Shown here one piece after another: positions 11,179 through 22,255 of a DNA stretch of 64,000 bases. The notes under the pieces were generated by a model. It saw only the letters and a program-made list of their open reading frames with translations. It did no database searches and was not told the DNA's origin. The DNA is from Chiloscyllium plagiosum (Eukaryota). How positions within the stretch are numbered: the stretch's first letter is position 1; every line of letters starts with the position of its first letter. Location: contig NC_057727.1 in assembly GCF_004010195.1 (NCBI RefSeq), positions 44,904,527 through 44,968,526 on the forward strand, given 5' to 3'. A program made the position numbers and the translations under genes.

Positions 11179-12506
11179 CTCATTAAAAATGCAGACTGCT
11201 CTGTGTCGTGCTGCAGCACTACTGCACTTTGACTTCTTCCTGAGTGGGCTTGTAAATCATCTCACCCCTCCAAACCTCCGCCTCCTAAGAGAAATATAGC
11301 CGCTTTGTAGTGAGTTTGGAGGGTGCGCAGAAATTATGACTCACTGCATTGCTCCATTGGAAGGAAAGCTAGCTCATGATGAACTAGACCTAAACATGGC
11401 ATTAAGGATTTAAATTGAAGGTATAATAAATCCAATTTTGTAAAGAAAATTACCCGAGTTTCAGATTAGGCATTGGAATTATGCGTTGGATGGTCCTTTC
11501 AAATCATTTTATTTGTACTATGGTTAATAGTGATTCAAGTGATGATGTTCAATCACCTTGGGACTACCCTAAAGTTTTGTTCTAGTTCCCATTTTGTTCT
11601 TTTCTGTATCGATGTATTCTTGCAGTCTGCAAAAATCTCTACCCGCCTATTTTTATTTTATATTCATCAAGTTCTTTCTGAGCACATGCCCTCATTGCAC
11701 ACAGCCCTTATTCCTTTCACAATACAATGGTTGAATAATGACAACCTAATCTCTACCTCCTGCAGTGGGACAATGGAAAATGTGATTATTTTATTCTTCC
11801 AGATTGCAGCTTTTTTTCACATGTATGGAATTTCAACTGACAACTATCTTTAGACCTTCATTGATGGCTTTCATTATATTCAATTATATCAAGTGCAACA
11901 CTTGTTTCTTTATTATTTCATGTTAACCACTTTTCTTTTATTAATTTTACTGCCTGAAATGGCAGGCCTGTTTAAGATCTGCGTATGATTGGAAGAAATT
12001 GTACTCTTAATCTACTGGCTGGCTTGCTGTAGTCATGTGATGTCTACCTCTGCTGTTAGTGTCTGTGCACAATCAGTGGCAGCTTTTAAATAAAGGGCAG
12101 TTGGAACATGGTGTAAGAATGTATGTATTTTCAGAGCTGCAAGTGAGCCAATTACTGAACAAAAAAAGAATTAAAGAAAACAGCCTGCAGCTTTGAATTA
12201 CTGGGTAGGTCAAAATGGCTATACATTTTCCATTCCATGGTGGGAGAGAAATGAGAGGAGATATAAGACAGAATTGGATTATTTTCCACTCTGAGTGGCA
12301 AAAGTATGAAATAGCTACATAATTAATTAGAGAACTTGAGCATACTAGAGTTGTAACAATGATATCAGTGCTGGGGGGTCCAAAAAGTGTTTTAACTATA
12401 TTAGAGCCTGGATCGCAATGAGAAATTTTCATACATTTAAGACTCGTTTTGAACTCTAAATTATTATTACATATGAACAATCTCTAGAACTTGCCTCGGT
12501 TGAGAT

Positions 12507-13384
12507 AAGACCATCAGACCATAAGACATAGGAGCGGAAGTAAGGCCATTCGGCCCATCGAACCCACTCCGCCATTCAATCATGGCTGATGGGCATTTCA
12601 ACTCCACTTACCCGCATTCTCCCCATAGCCCTTAATTCCTTGTGACATCAAGAATTTATCAATTTCTGCCTTGAAGACATTTAGCATCCCAGCCTCCACT
12701 GCACTCTGTGGCAATGAATTCCACAGGCCCACCACTCTCTGGCTGAAGAAATGTCTCCGCATTTCTGTTCTGAATTTACCCCCTCTAATTCTAAGGCTGT
12801 GTCCACGGGTCCTAGTCTCCTTGTCTAACGGAAACAATTTCCTAGCGTCCACCCTCTCCAAGCCATGTATTATCTTGTAAGTTTCTATTAGATCTCCCCT
12901 TAATCTTCTAAACTCCAATGAATACAATCCCAGGATCCTCAGCCGTTCCTCATTACATTTTTTTTTACATTACATTCCATTACATTACAGTGTGGAAACA
13001 GGCCCTTCGGCCCAACAAGTCCACACCGACCCGCCGAATCGCAACCCACCCATACCCCTACATTTACCCCTTACCTAACACTACGGGCAATTTAGTATGG
13101 CCAATTCACCTGACCTGCACATCTTTGGACTGTGGGAGGAAACCGGAGCACCTGGAGGAAACCCACGCAGACACGGGGAGAACGTGCAAACTCCACACAG
13201 TCAGTCGCCTGAGGCAGGAATTGAACCCGGATCTCTGGCGCTGTGAGGCAGCATGCTAACCACTGTGCCACCGTGCCGCCCACTCATATGTTAGACCTAC
13301 CATTCCAGGGATCATCCGTGTGAATCTCCGCTGGACACGCTCCAGTGCCAGTATGTCCTTCCTGAGGTGTGGAGACCAAAACTG
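12507..13384 (-). mobile_element. CR1-like LINE 3' fragment (young), interrupted by an HE1 SINE
   Basis: YSLEFRRLRGDLIETYKII...RTRGHSLRIRGGKFRTEMRRHFFSQRVVGLWNSLP, with an agaccat repeat tail at the left end. Confidence 0.92.
12954..13282 (-). mobile_element. HE1-type V-SINE
   Basis: tRNA-derived head with A and B boxes (TGGCACAGTGG, GGTTCAATTCC), V-domain, (cattac)n tail. 5-bp TSD ctcat at 12949-12953 and 13283-13287. Confidence 0.92.
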
Positions 13385-13581
13385 GATGAGTGGATTTTCT
13401 TTATGTCTACTATCTAGAACTTCAGATCTTCATTCTTCCCATTGTTTTGAGCTTGCAACTTTATTTGTTCTCCTGAGATGAGCATCCATTCCATTCAACA
13501 ACCACAACTTTACCTTTGAGTGCTTGGGTCACGACCTTGTATCATTTTTTTACAGGTCAGTGAAGTTCATGTTGACATCAG
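13385..13581 (-). repeat. Inverted duplicate of Gypsy segment 14201-14407 (continues at 12484-12506)
   Basis: Direct reverse-complement match, roughly 90% identity by eye. Confidence 0.9.
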
Positions 13582-15348
13582 AGTTCAAGGGTAAAAGGAG
13601 ACTATTGATAATAACGTGCTTACACTGATATATCTAGCTGAATCCTCTGAGTTTGGACAACTGAAATGTAGTTTAATCTGAGATATGCTGAAGAGATCCT
13701 GCCATGACAACATATCTGCTGAGAACGGAGACCCTTCCTCTCAAGAAAGCTACCAATACGTTCAGAAGTTCTGAGGTAACTAACTGGAAAACAGAAACAA
13801 TTTTGCATTATGCTGAGAGATATTTGAGGCTGAATGAGAAAAACAGACTAGAAATAACAAAATAAATGTTTGCAGAAAGGCTAGCAGAATGATCAAGGCC
13901 AGCGCATGGGATATAAATATTGTGGAGGACATCACACAGAAGAAATAAATCATGGTGAAAGCAGGGCTCTAGCTACAAGTGGCTGAATTCATTTTGCAAA
14001 CAAGCTTTTAAGTAGAAAGAAGTAAGGCAAGCCTTTATAGATAGCTGCTGGAGAGATGTAAACTGTTAAATCTGTCAAATCACTTTACACCGTAGAATAG
14101 GTTAGCAGCTTCAGGTCTAGAAGTGGAAAATGGTTTATGACTGTTATAATGATGACTGTAGAAGAAGAGCGCCAAATAAATGCAAAATGTTCAATAAACA
14201 CTGATGTTTCATACAACAACATGAGCTTCGCAGACCTGTAAAGAAATGATACAAGGTCGTGACCCAAAGCATTCAAAGGTAAAGTTGTGGTTGTTGAATG
14301 GAATGGATGCTTATCTCAGGAGAACAAATAAAGCCGTGAGCTCAAAGCAACGGGAAGAATGAAGATCTGAAGTTCCAAATGGTAGACATAAGGAAAATCC
14401 ACTCATCTCAACTGAGGCAAGTTCTAAAACTTTGACTAGTCACACTAAGGGTGCCAGAAAAGATTTGCAGTGTTTTGCAGGCCACAAATCGATGACTGCC
14501 AAACAGATCAAAGAAGATGACAAATATGCTTTACATTCCTTGCCTGTCTTCCTGGTGAATATCATTTTGAAATAGATGAAAATGTGAGGCTACATTTCTT
14601 ATGAGCAGAGATTCGGCTCGCCCTCAAGGCAAGACAGAAGAGTTGGAAGATTTGAAGAGATTGCACTCCCTCATGCCAATCATTGATGAAATATCATCAG
14701 TACTTGCCAAGTTAAAAGACTTTTAATACCATCAGTACAAAGAATGGTTGCTGGCAAATAAAGCTTGATGGAAGCTATAGTTTGCTAACTACATTCTGGA
14801 TGTGTTTGGATGTAATGATGATCGCACATGCCATCTGGTATTCCTCTGCTCTGGAGAAATATCATCACAGATAGCATGAGATCATAATCTTCCCAGATGG
14901 AAGCTATTGTGAATAATTTGCTGGTCTATAGATGTTGAGACACAATGGAAGAAGCCATCACAGACCATGATCAAAATCAAGTGTGACTTCGAGAGAGAGA
15001 TTTCATCAAAAGAATCTGTAAGTAGACAAAAAAAATGCAATTGAACATGCTTGAAGTAAAATACATCAGTCATGCGACAGCAGCAAAACAAATTACAAAG
15101 ATTTTTGACAAGGTGAGAGCTGTAGCACATGTGTAGTGACCAACAGATGTCTTTGGAAGCTCACTGCTAAGGACATGCAGTGATATCAGGCATAGAACAA
15201 GAAGCAATTTTCACTATAATCAAGCATCTAGTGATGACAATGTAGTGCATAGCTGCTACAATGTCAATTGTTAAATCACCTTGTACTTTGGTGCCAGTGG
15301 GACAGGACTTGGAGGAACTCTTTTGTGGCAAGGATAGCCTGTTACATT

Positions 15349-15580
15349 AGTATGGTAGTTCAGTGGTTAGCACTGCTGCTTCACAACACCAGGGACCTGG
15401 GTTCAATTCCAGCCTTGGGCAACTATGTGGAGTTTACACATTCTCCCCATGTCAGTGTGGGTTTCCTCCCACAGTACAAAGATGTGCAGGTCAGGTGAAT
15501 TGGCTATTGCCTGCAGTATCCAGGGATGTGTAAGTTAGGTGGACTATGCATTGGAAACGTAGGATTACAGGGATAGGGTC
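15349..15580 (+). mobile_element. HE1-type V-SINE (older copy)
   Basis: tggtagttcagtggttagcactgctg...gggttcaattcc...gtggagtttacacattctcccc. Confidence 0.8.
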
Positions 15581-16713
15581 AACATGGATACTACCATTAC
15601 ATGTGGGGACGCCACCCACTATGTATGCAAAGATACCCATGTGACTTGGCCAACGTTGTCTATCTCATACGCTGCAGGCAAGAATGCCCCAAGGCATGGT
15701 ACATTGGCGAGACCAAGCAGGCGCTACGACAACGAATGAATGGACACTGCACACCAATCGACAGACAGGGATGTTCCCTCCCAATCGTGGAACACTTCAG
15801 CAGTGAGGGGTATTCGGCCTCAAATCTTCGGGTGACCATCTTCCAAGGCAGACTTCAGGATATGCAATGATGCAAAGTGGCCAAACAGAAGCTGAGAGCC
15901 AAGTTTGGTACCCATGAGGATAGCCTCACCTGGGACCAAGGGTTCATGTCACACTGCAGGTGACCCCACTACACGATACGCACACACACTCACACACACA
16001 CTCATGCAGACCCTCTCTCAGACACACACATATACAATCCCCACACTCACATCCATGCACATACCCTCTCACAGGCTTATACTCCATCACACCCACACAA
16101 GCACTTTATCAAGCTTTCACACATGCAAAGATGCACTCTCTCATGTGCACTTACGCAACACTCATTCTCTCTCCCTCTCTCCCCCCTCAACACACATGTA
16201 AATCTATGGGGTGAATTTGCATTTGCAGACACACTCTATTTTGTTCAAAAAGCACACAATCTGCAGGCAGTCAATGTAGGCAATCAATCCATGTAACATT
16301 TTACAAATTCCTACATTGGAAATAGAACCAGTCTGACTCAACGTTGGGATACAGACAGATTCTAACCTCACACCTTTAATATATTGTCTGAGCTGAGATG
16401 TCACCATTTTTTTATAAAGCCTGAGGTTATCTCAAGAATGTGTCTTGAAAGAAGTTCTGGGATTTACATACCAAAACCTGCAACCGATTCTAAAAGATAA
16501 AAGACTTAACAGCAATCTAGATTTGTTCAATATATCATTTCAGTTGCATGACACTGTGGTCTTTTGCTATAAATTCTGTGTCTTATGATACTGCTGCACA
16601 GAAGAAGCAGCACTCTGAAAGCTAGTAGTTCCAAATAAACCTGTTGGACTATAACCTGGTGTTGTCTGATTTTTAACTTTGTCCATCCCAGTCCAACACC
16701 GGCACCTCCACAT
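15581..16713 (+). mobile_element. Penelope-like element family B, 5'-truncated (GIY-YIG, CA-rich UTR and pLTR)
   Basis: RYPCDLANVVYLIRCRQECPKAWYIGETKQALRQRMNGH. The pLTR end aaacctgttggactataacctggtg...ggcacctccacat matches 34668-35074 and 38890-38956. Remnant hammerhead half GAAAGCTA at 16617-16624. Confidence 0.88.
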
Positions 16714-17091
16714 ACTGGGAGTGAGATCAGCTGATGTTAACTAATACCAATGAAAATGTACTGGTATGGTACTTGTGTTGATACGTAACTGCAAAACTTG
16801 TGATGAATGACAATAGTCCTCATTTTGTGAGTGAAGAATGGAGCTGCTAGATAAAGGGTTGGGAAATTCACCACCATTATTGGTCTCCACACAATCCCTA
16901 GTCAAATCGAAATGCTGAGAAGGCAACATATTTTATCAAATGGATAATAAGGAAATTGAGCAAATTTAACATGATCTTCTGAAGGGCAATGCTTGAGTGA
17001 AGGAACTGATATGCTGAAGGCATGGTAAGTGGTTCAATTGAAAGGCTAATGTCATGCCGCTCTCAAACTTTGAATGGTGAAAAAGACTACG

Positions 17092-17406
17092 TGGGCGGCA
17101 CGGTGGCACAGTGGTGAGCACTGCTGCCTCGCAGCGCCAGAGACCCGGGTTCAATTCCCGACTCAGGCGACTGACTGTGTGGAGTTTGCACGTTCTCCCC
17201 GTGTCTGCGTGGGTTTCCTCCGGGTGCTCCGGTTTCCTCCCACAGTCCAAAGATGTGCAGGTCAGGTGAATTGGCCATGCTAAATTGCCCGTAGTGTTAG
17301 GTATAGGGGTAAATGTAGGGGTATGGGTGGGTTGCGCTTCGGCGGGTCGGTGTTGACTTGTTGGGCCGAAGGGCCTGTTTCCATACTGTAATGTAATCTA
17401 ATCTAA
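17092..17406 (+). mobile_element. HE1-type V-SINE (young, full length)
   Basis: Complete head, V-domain and gtaatctaatcta tail. actac flanks at 17086-17090 and 17407-17411. Confidence 0.93.
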
Positions 17407-17749
17407 ACTACAGAAAACAGAAATAGTAAGGAACATGAGTGACAAATCAAAGTGAAATGACGGAAAGTCAAATTTTACTTGAATAAAACTGTTATGTTAT
17501 TGCCAGGAGTGAGCACTGGAAAGTCAACCAAAGTGTAAATGTTCATTGCTTTGAACAAGAGTCAGCCCACATGGCAACTCACGACCTGTGTTAAACAGTT
17601 GTCATCTCAATCATATGTGATGAATGGAAATGACCAGATGAGCCAAAGCTACTTCACACAATTACTGAAGATCTGTTTGCCTTAGGTCACAAAGGTATCC
17701 AGGCGAGCCCACATGCTGCAGTCTTGACACATTCCTTGAACTTGAGCAT

Positions 17750-18772
17750 TTGGTGTTGGAAAAGCATAGCCAGTCAGACAGCATTCAAGGTGCAGGAGAA
17801 TCAATGTTTCAGGTATAAGCCCTTCATTAGGAATGAGGCTTGTGGGCCAAGAGGGCTGAGAGATAAATGGGAGGGAGGTGGGCTGGGGGGGAATGATAGC
17901 TGAGAGTGCAATAGGTGGTTAGGTGTCACACACACATGAAGCAACCCCACCACCCCATGGCCGAACACTTTAACTTCCCCTCCCACTCACTCAAGGGCAT
18001 GCAGATCCTGGGCGTCCTCCATCGCCAAACCCTTACCACCCACTGCCTGGAGGAAGGATGCCTTATCTTCCACCTTGGGACCCACCAACCACATGGGATC
18101 AATGTGGATTTCACCAATTTCCTCATTTCCCCTCCCTCCACCTTATCCTTTATGGGCGACATGGTGGCACAGTGATTAGCACTGCTGCCATGCAGCGCCA
18201 GAAACCCGGGTTCAATTCCCGCCTCAGGCGACTGACTGTGTGGAGTTTGCACATTCTGCGTGGGTTTCCTCCGGGTGCTCCGGTTTCCTCCCACAGTCCA
18301 AAAATGTGCAGGTTAGGTGAATTGGCCATGCTAAATTGCCTGTAGTGTTAGGTGTAGGGGAGTGGGTCTGGGTGGGTTGCGCTACGGTGGGTCGGTGTGG
18401 ACTTATTGGGCCGAAGGGCCTGTTTCCACACTGTAAGTAATCTAAAGCTCGAATCCCAAATCCAACTTTCCAAATAGGCACTGCCCTCTTGACCTGTCCT
18501 ACCTGTCCATCTTCCTTCCCACCTGTCCACTCCACACTCCTCTCCAACCTTTCGCTTTTACCCCCATCTTCCTCTACCAATCTCACTCTCAGCTACCTTG
18601 CCCCCAGCAGCACCCATCCCCCTCCTATTTATCTCTCAGCCCCCTTGGCCCACAAGCCTCAGTCCTGAAATGTCAATTCTCCTGGTCCTCTGATGCTGCT
18701 GGACCTGCTGTGCTTTTCCACCACCACACTCTTGACTCTGATCTCCATCATCTGTAGTCCTCACTTTCTCCT
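17750..18772. mobile_element. PLE family A fold-back copy (older) with nested HE1 SINE
   Basis: Inverted pLTR ends. GIY-YIG C-terminus (AEHFNFPSHS..GMQILGVLH..EEGCLIFHLGTHQPHGINVDF). Imperfect TSD acattccttgaa (17729-17740) / acattccctgaa (18775-18786). Confidence 0.85.
18153..18445 (+). mobile_element. HE1-type V-SINE inserted in a PLE
   Basis: gggcgacatggtggcacagtg...gggttcaattcccgcc...gggccgaagggcctgtttccacactgtaagtaatcta. Confidence 0.9.
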
Positions 18773-21664
18773 ATACATTCCCTGAATTGTCTGTTAATAT
18801 GCTATAATTATTCACTTGCTTCTGTTGCTTTTTATACATTGATTAATTTTACCATCAGTATGTATACATTGAGAATAGAAAAGACCTGAATCACTTACCA
18901 GAGATTCATCAAACAGCTAACTCCTTTTGCTGTAATAACCAAGGATCAATTTCAGTTAGCTTCCATGATTCTAGCTCTTTCTCTGACTGACTGACTACCA
19001 TGGGGTCCTTACCTATCTGCTCCTTTCTGGCAACAGCATGGCAAATGCTCAGCAGGGACTAAGTCAAATGGTTTATTTTAGATTTCAAGCTGGAATTACA
19101 GGTCAAGATGACTCAACCATTATATTAACAACACCCCCCCCTCCCACCCCCCACCCCACCCCATTCACCTCTTTGTCCCACCATATAGGCTCATTGTACA
19201 GAAGGATTAAAATGATGGCTACGTAATACACACCTGAACTTGCAGTCAATTTGCGATCATTATTGTCAGCACAATTTAGGTTGGGATTTTATCCTTTTCC
19301 CAAAGTGGACAAGGACCTAATTATTTTGGCCTGATGAAGTCCTTAGCAGCAGATGCCAGACTTGCCAACATTTATGGGTACCAATATTCAGCAAACCTAA
19401 TCATAAAGGTAATTTTTAAAAATCTTTTTGTTTGTGGCCAGCAAGAGAAAGAGTACTACTATTAGCCTTGCACAGAATTGTAGGATCATTGGGATCTCTG
19501 TGCACCCCTCTCACAACATTCCAGACCTGCCTTTGCCAGTGCCTGTTCCCATGGGTCGCTGTTGGCAACCTGCTCTCACTTTTACGTGACAGTTCTATGT
19601 CACCAACTCTAGATTGAAGCAGGAGTGGCCCTAACTTGTGAGTAAAAGTTACCAGACTATTATTTCAGTGAGCTCACCCCTCTGGGTCTACTCACACTCC
19701 AACTAACATCAGGATTACAAACAGAATCATAAATTCCTGCGGTAAAAATATTTTAGAAACTTACACATTACAAAACAAATTAGTAACACAGAGACAATCA
19801 ACAATAAATTAGTTAGCATCAACTGAATGGCCATCAACTTAATATTTACTCATTGTTTTATTGTCACATTTTCTTTCATTTGCAGCAATTGTTTTGGATT
19901 TATTGAGTTATCTTGATTTAATTATTGATTATATACCTGTAAATTCTTTTAGTTTTCAGTTAATAATTAATTTTATGGTATTTAAGTTGCATGAACGCAT
20001 TTTGGAAAAAATCAGCGTTTGTGAAATCCATATAGCTCAAACACATTAGGTAAAGTGTAAAATGTATGGATCTCATTGTTATTCTGTGACTCATAGTTCT
20101 TGATTGACTAATTGCTCATTCCACACTCAGTTATTGATTTAATGCTTCCCCAACCTTAGCTGTTAAAAAGACTGTGGATCAAGAGATTATAAAAGATGTA
20201 TTGAGATGCTAGAATGACTATATCATTCTTTTTAAACACAAGTCAACTTGCTGATTTATCTTGTCTGTTAATCAACTGCTTTTAAGGTGATTTATACTTT
20301 CATTACATTTTTGCAATATTTCTATTCTTTTTTAGATTGCCTCTAACATATACTATTTCCCAGCAGATCAAACATATGCACAATGAGTTCTGTAATATTT
20401 GGCTTTCAATTGTTTAATTTGCTTGTATGACATTGCTCTGTCCACTGTTTTTAATGTTGGCCACTATTAAAGTAGTGGATGGAAAAATGCCACACGAGCA
20501 TGTTCAATGTTTGTCTTTTGATGCTGGCAACAGTAATTTCTAGGCAGTTAAAATGATTGAATATATAACAAGTAAGACAAACACACAGTTCCTTTTTCAG
20601 ATTTCCATTTAAGGTGAAATTAAGCTGTAGAATGACAAAAATCCATTTGAAACTGCCCTATTGCCATACATAGACTCCATATAGCTCAAACATATTATGT
20701 AAGGAATGAAATGACAGACAGAATTACAATATTTAGACCTTTCTGTTCCCTTTATTCCATATTCCACACATACATAATTGTTAGTACTTTACTAAATGTG
20801 TACTCTGGAGACCCATTGTTTCAAAATTAGCCATTTACAGTGCTCATAAGAGAAGTTACATTTCTCTGCTTTGGAAAACTCTTTGGAGATCCTCTTAGAT
20901 TTGTGTCACTTTTTGTTCTCACATCTATTATTTAAAAGGGTATTTTAAAACAGTGAAAGGAACTGTGAAATGCAGATGCTTTAAATGTTACTGCAGTAGC
21001 GGATAGAACAATTGGACTCTCGGGTATATCCATCGTGCTAACAACTAGGCAAAGAGGGCTGTTATAAAAGGTCAGAGTTCAAAATGCAATAATTCTGACA
21101 TCTATTTTATTTCTAAACCTCTCGCTGTGAAATAACTGTTGTTTCTAAACTGTAGTGGCTTAGATAGAATTTTAAACTTAATCTTTCACTTCCATTCCCT
21201 CATGCAATCTTTTAATAAAAAAATTGCATTGCTATACACTTATGTTGCGCTTAACATACAAGTAATATATTGTAATTTATTCATTGCAATATAAAATTAT
21301 GAAATGTCTTATAAAGAAACTAAGCAAGCTGCAATCATACATGACATTGTTTCTTGGCCCACATTTACTATATGCTGTTTTCTCTATTATTTTTGCTTCA
21401 GTTTCACATTTTCCTATTTGTAGTTGCCTCTCTTTGTCGACTCTGATCTCCAGCATCTCAGTTCTCACCTTTTGTTGTCCTGCCATGTGAAAACAAAATG
21501 GCGCAGAAATTCCTCTGGCGTTCCATCAGTCTCTCAACTGTCGTCTAGCAGAATCCCTCCGAGAAACAGTGACCCAGTGGTGCTTTGGAACTTAAACTGG
21601 GAATTTGTTTCAGTCAGGATCCAGTGTATGAGTACTGGACAGCATACCTGGTAGAAGAAAGAAT

Positions 21665-22065
21665 ATAAAAGACTTATATATACAAAGTGAGCTCTTTATA
21701 ACCAGTGAATGTTTCAAGACATTTTATAGCCAATAAACTGCTTTTTGAAGGATGTCACTGTTGTAATATAGGAAACACAGCAACTAACCTGTTCAAAGCA
21801 AACATCCAGAAATAGTATTTAGATATGATAGAGAATCTGTTTTGTGATTATCATTGTGGGTTAGATATTGCCGAGAGCACCATGGATAACTCCTTTCACT
21901 TCTTCAAAATAGAGCCATGGGATCTTTTATATCCATCCAAATAGGCAGATGGTGTTATCAGTTATCCAAAAGATGGCACCTTTACTGCACTGAATTTTTG
22001 ATATTGGAGGGGGACTTGAACGCAGAACTTCTTGATTCAAATGCAAGAATGCTACCAACAGTAAG
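21665..22065 (-). mobile_element. DeuSINE (SacSINE1/AmnSINE1-like), decayed
   Basis: Reverse complement of the Deu core (ggatataaaagatcccatggctctattttgaagaag...aaaacagattct...tttcctatattacaacagtgac), with a B-box-like head near 22010-22025. Confidence 0.75.
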
Positions 22066-22074
22066 GAGACATCA

Positions 22075-22255
22075 ATCATGTCTTAGTCAGTTGTTAGCCC
22101 TAGGGAGGAGATAGACAGATTTTAATCAGTAATGGGTTGAAGAGTTATGGAGAGTGGGCAGGAAATTACAGTTGACGCCAAGATGAGATTCACCATAATC
22201 GTATTAAACAGTGGAGTTGGCTAGAGGGGCTGAATTGCCTACTTCTGCTCCTTGA
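22075..22255 (+). mobile_element. CR1-like LINE extreme 3' fragment
   Basis: gagatagacagattttaatcagtaatgggttgaagagttatggagag...gggctgaattgcctacttctgctcc. Confidence 0.65.

Larger units (their letters stand above)
13585..17740 (+). mobile_element. Decayed Gypsy LTR-retrotransposon internal region (gag-pol) with nested insertions
   Basis: Gag-like AESSEFGQLKCSLI*DML and LLRTETLPLKKA. Pol-like LACLPGEYHFEIDENVR and HSLMPIIDEISSVLAK. RT core near 14820-15075 (MPSGI..SALEKYHHR..EAIVNNLLVY..TMEEAITDHDQN..EVKYISH). Integrase-like HNP*SNRNAEKA near 16885-16927. Many stops and frameshifts. Confidence 0.75.

Noticed and set aside
11240-11310. Possible coding exon (SSHPSKPPPPKRN)
   Set aside because: No convincing splice acceptor or recognisable homology, and it is short and proline-biased.
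17092-17165. tRNA gene
   Set aside because: The A and B boxes belong to the HE1 SINE head, which is followed by the V-domain. The same applies to all other copies.
19330-19350. CTGATGA as another hammerhead
   Set aside because: No helix II and GAAA follow, and it is not in a pLTR.
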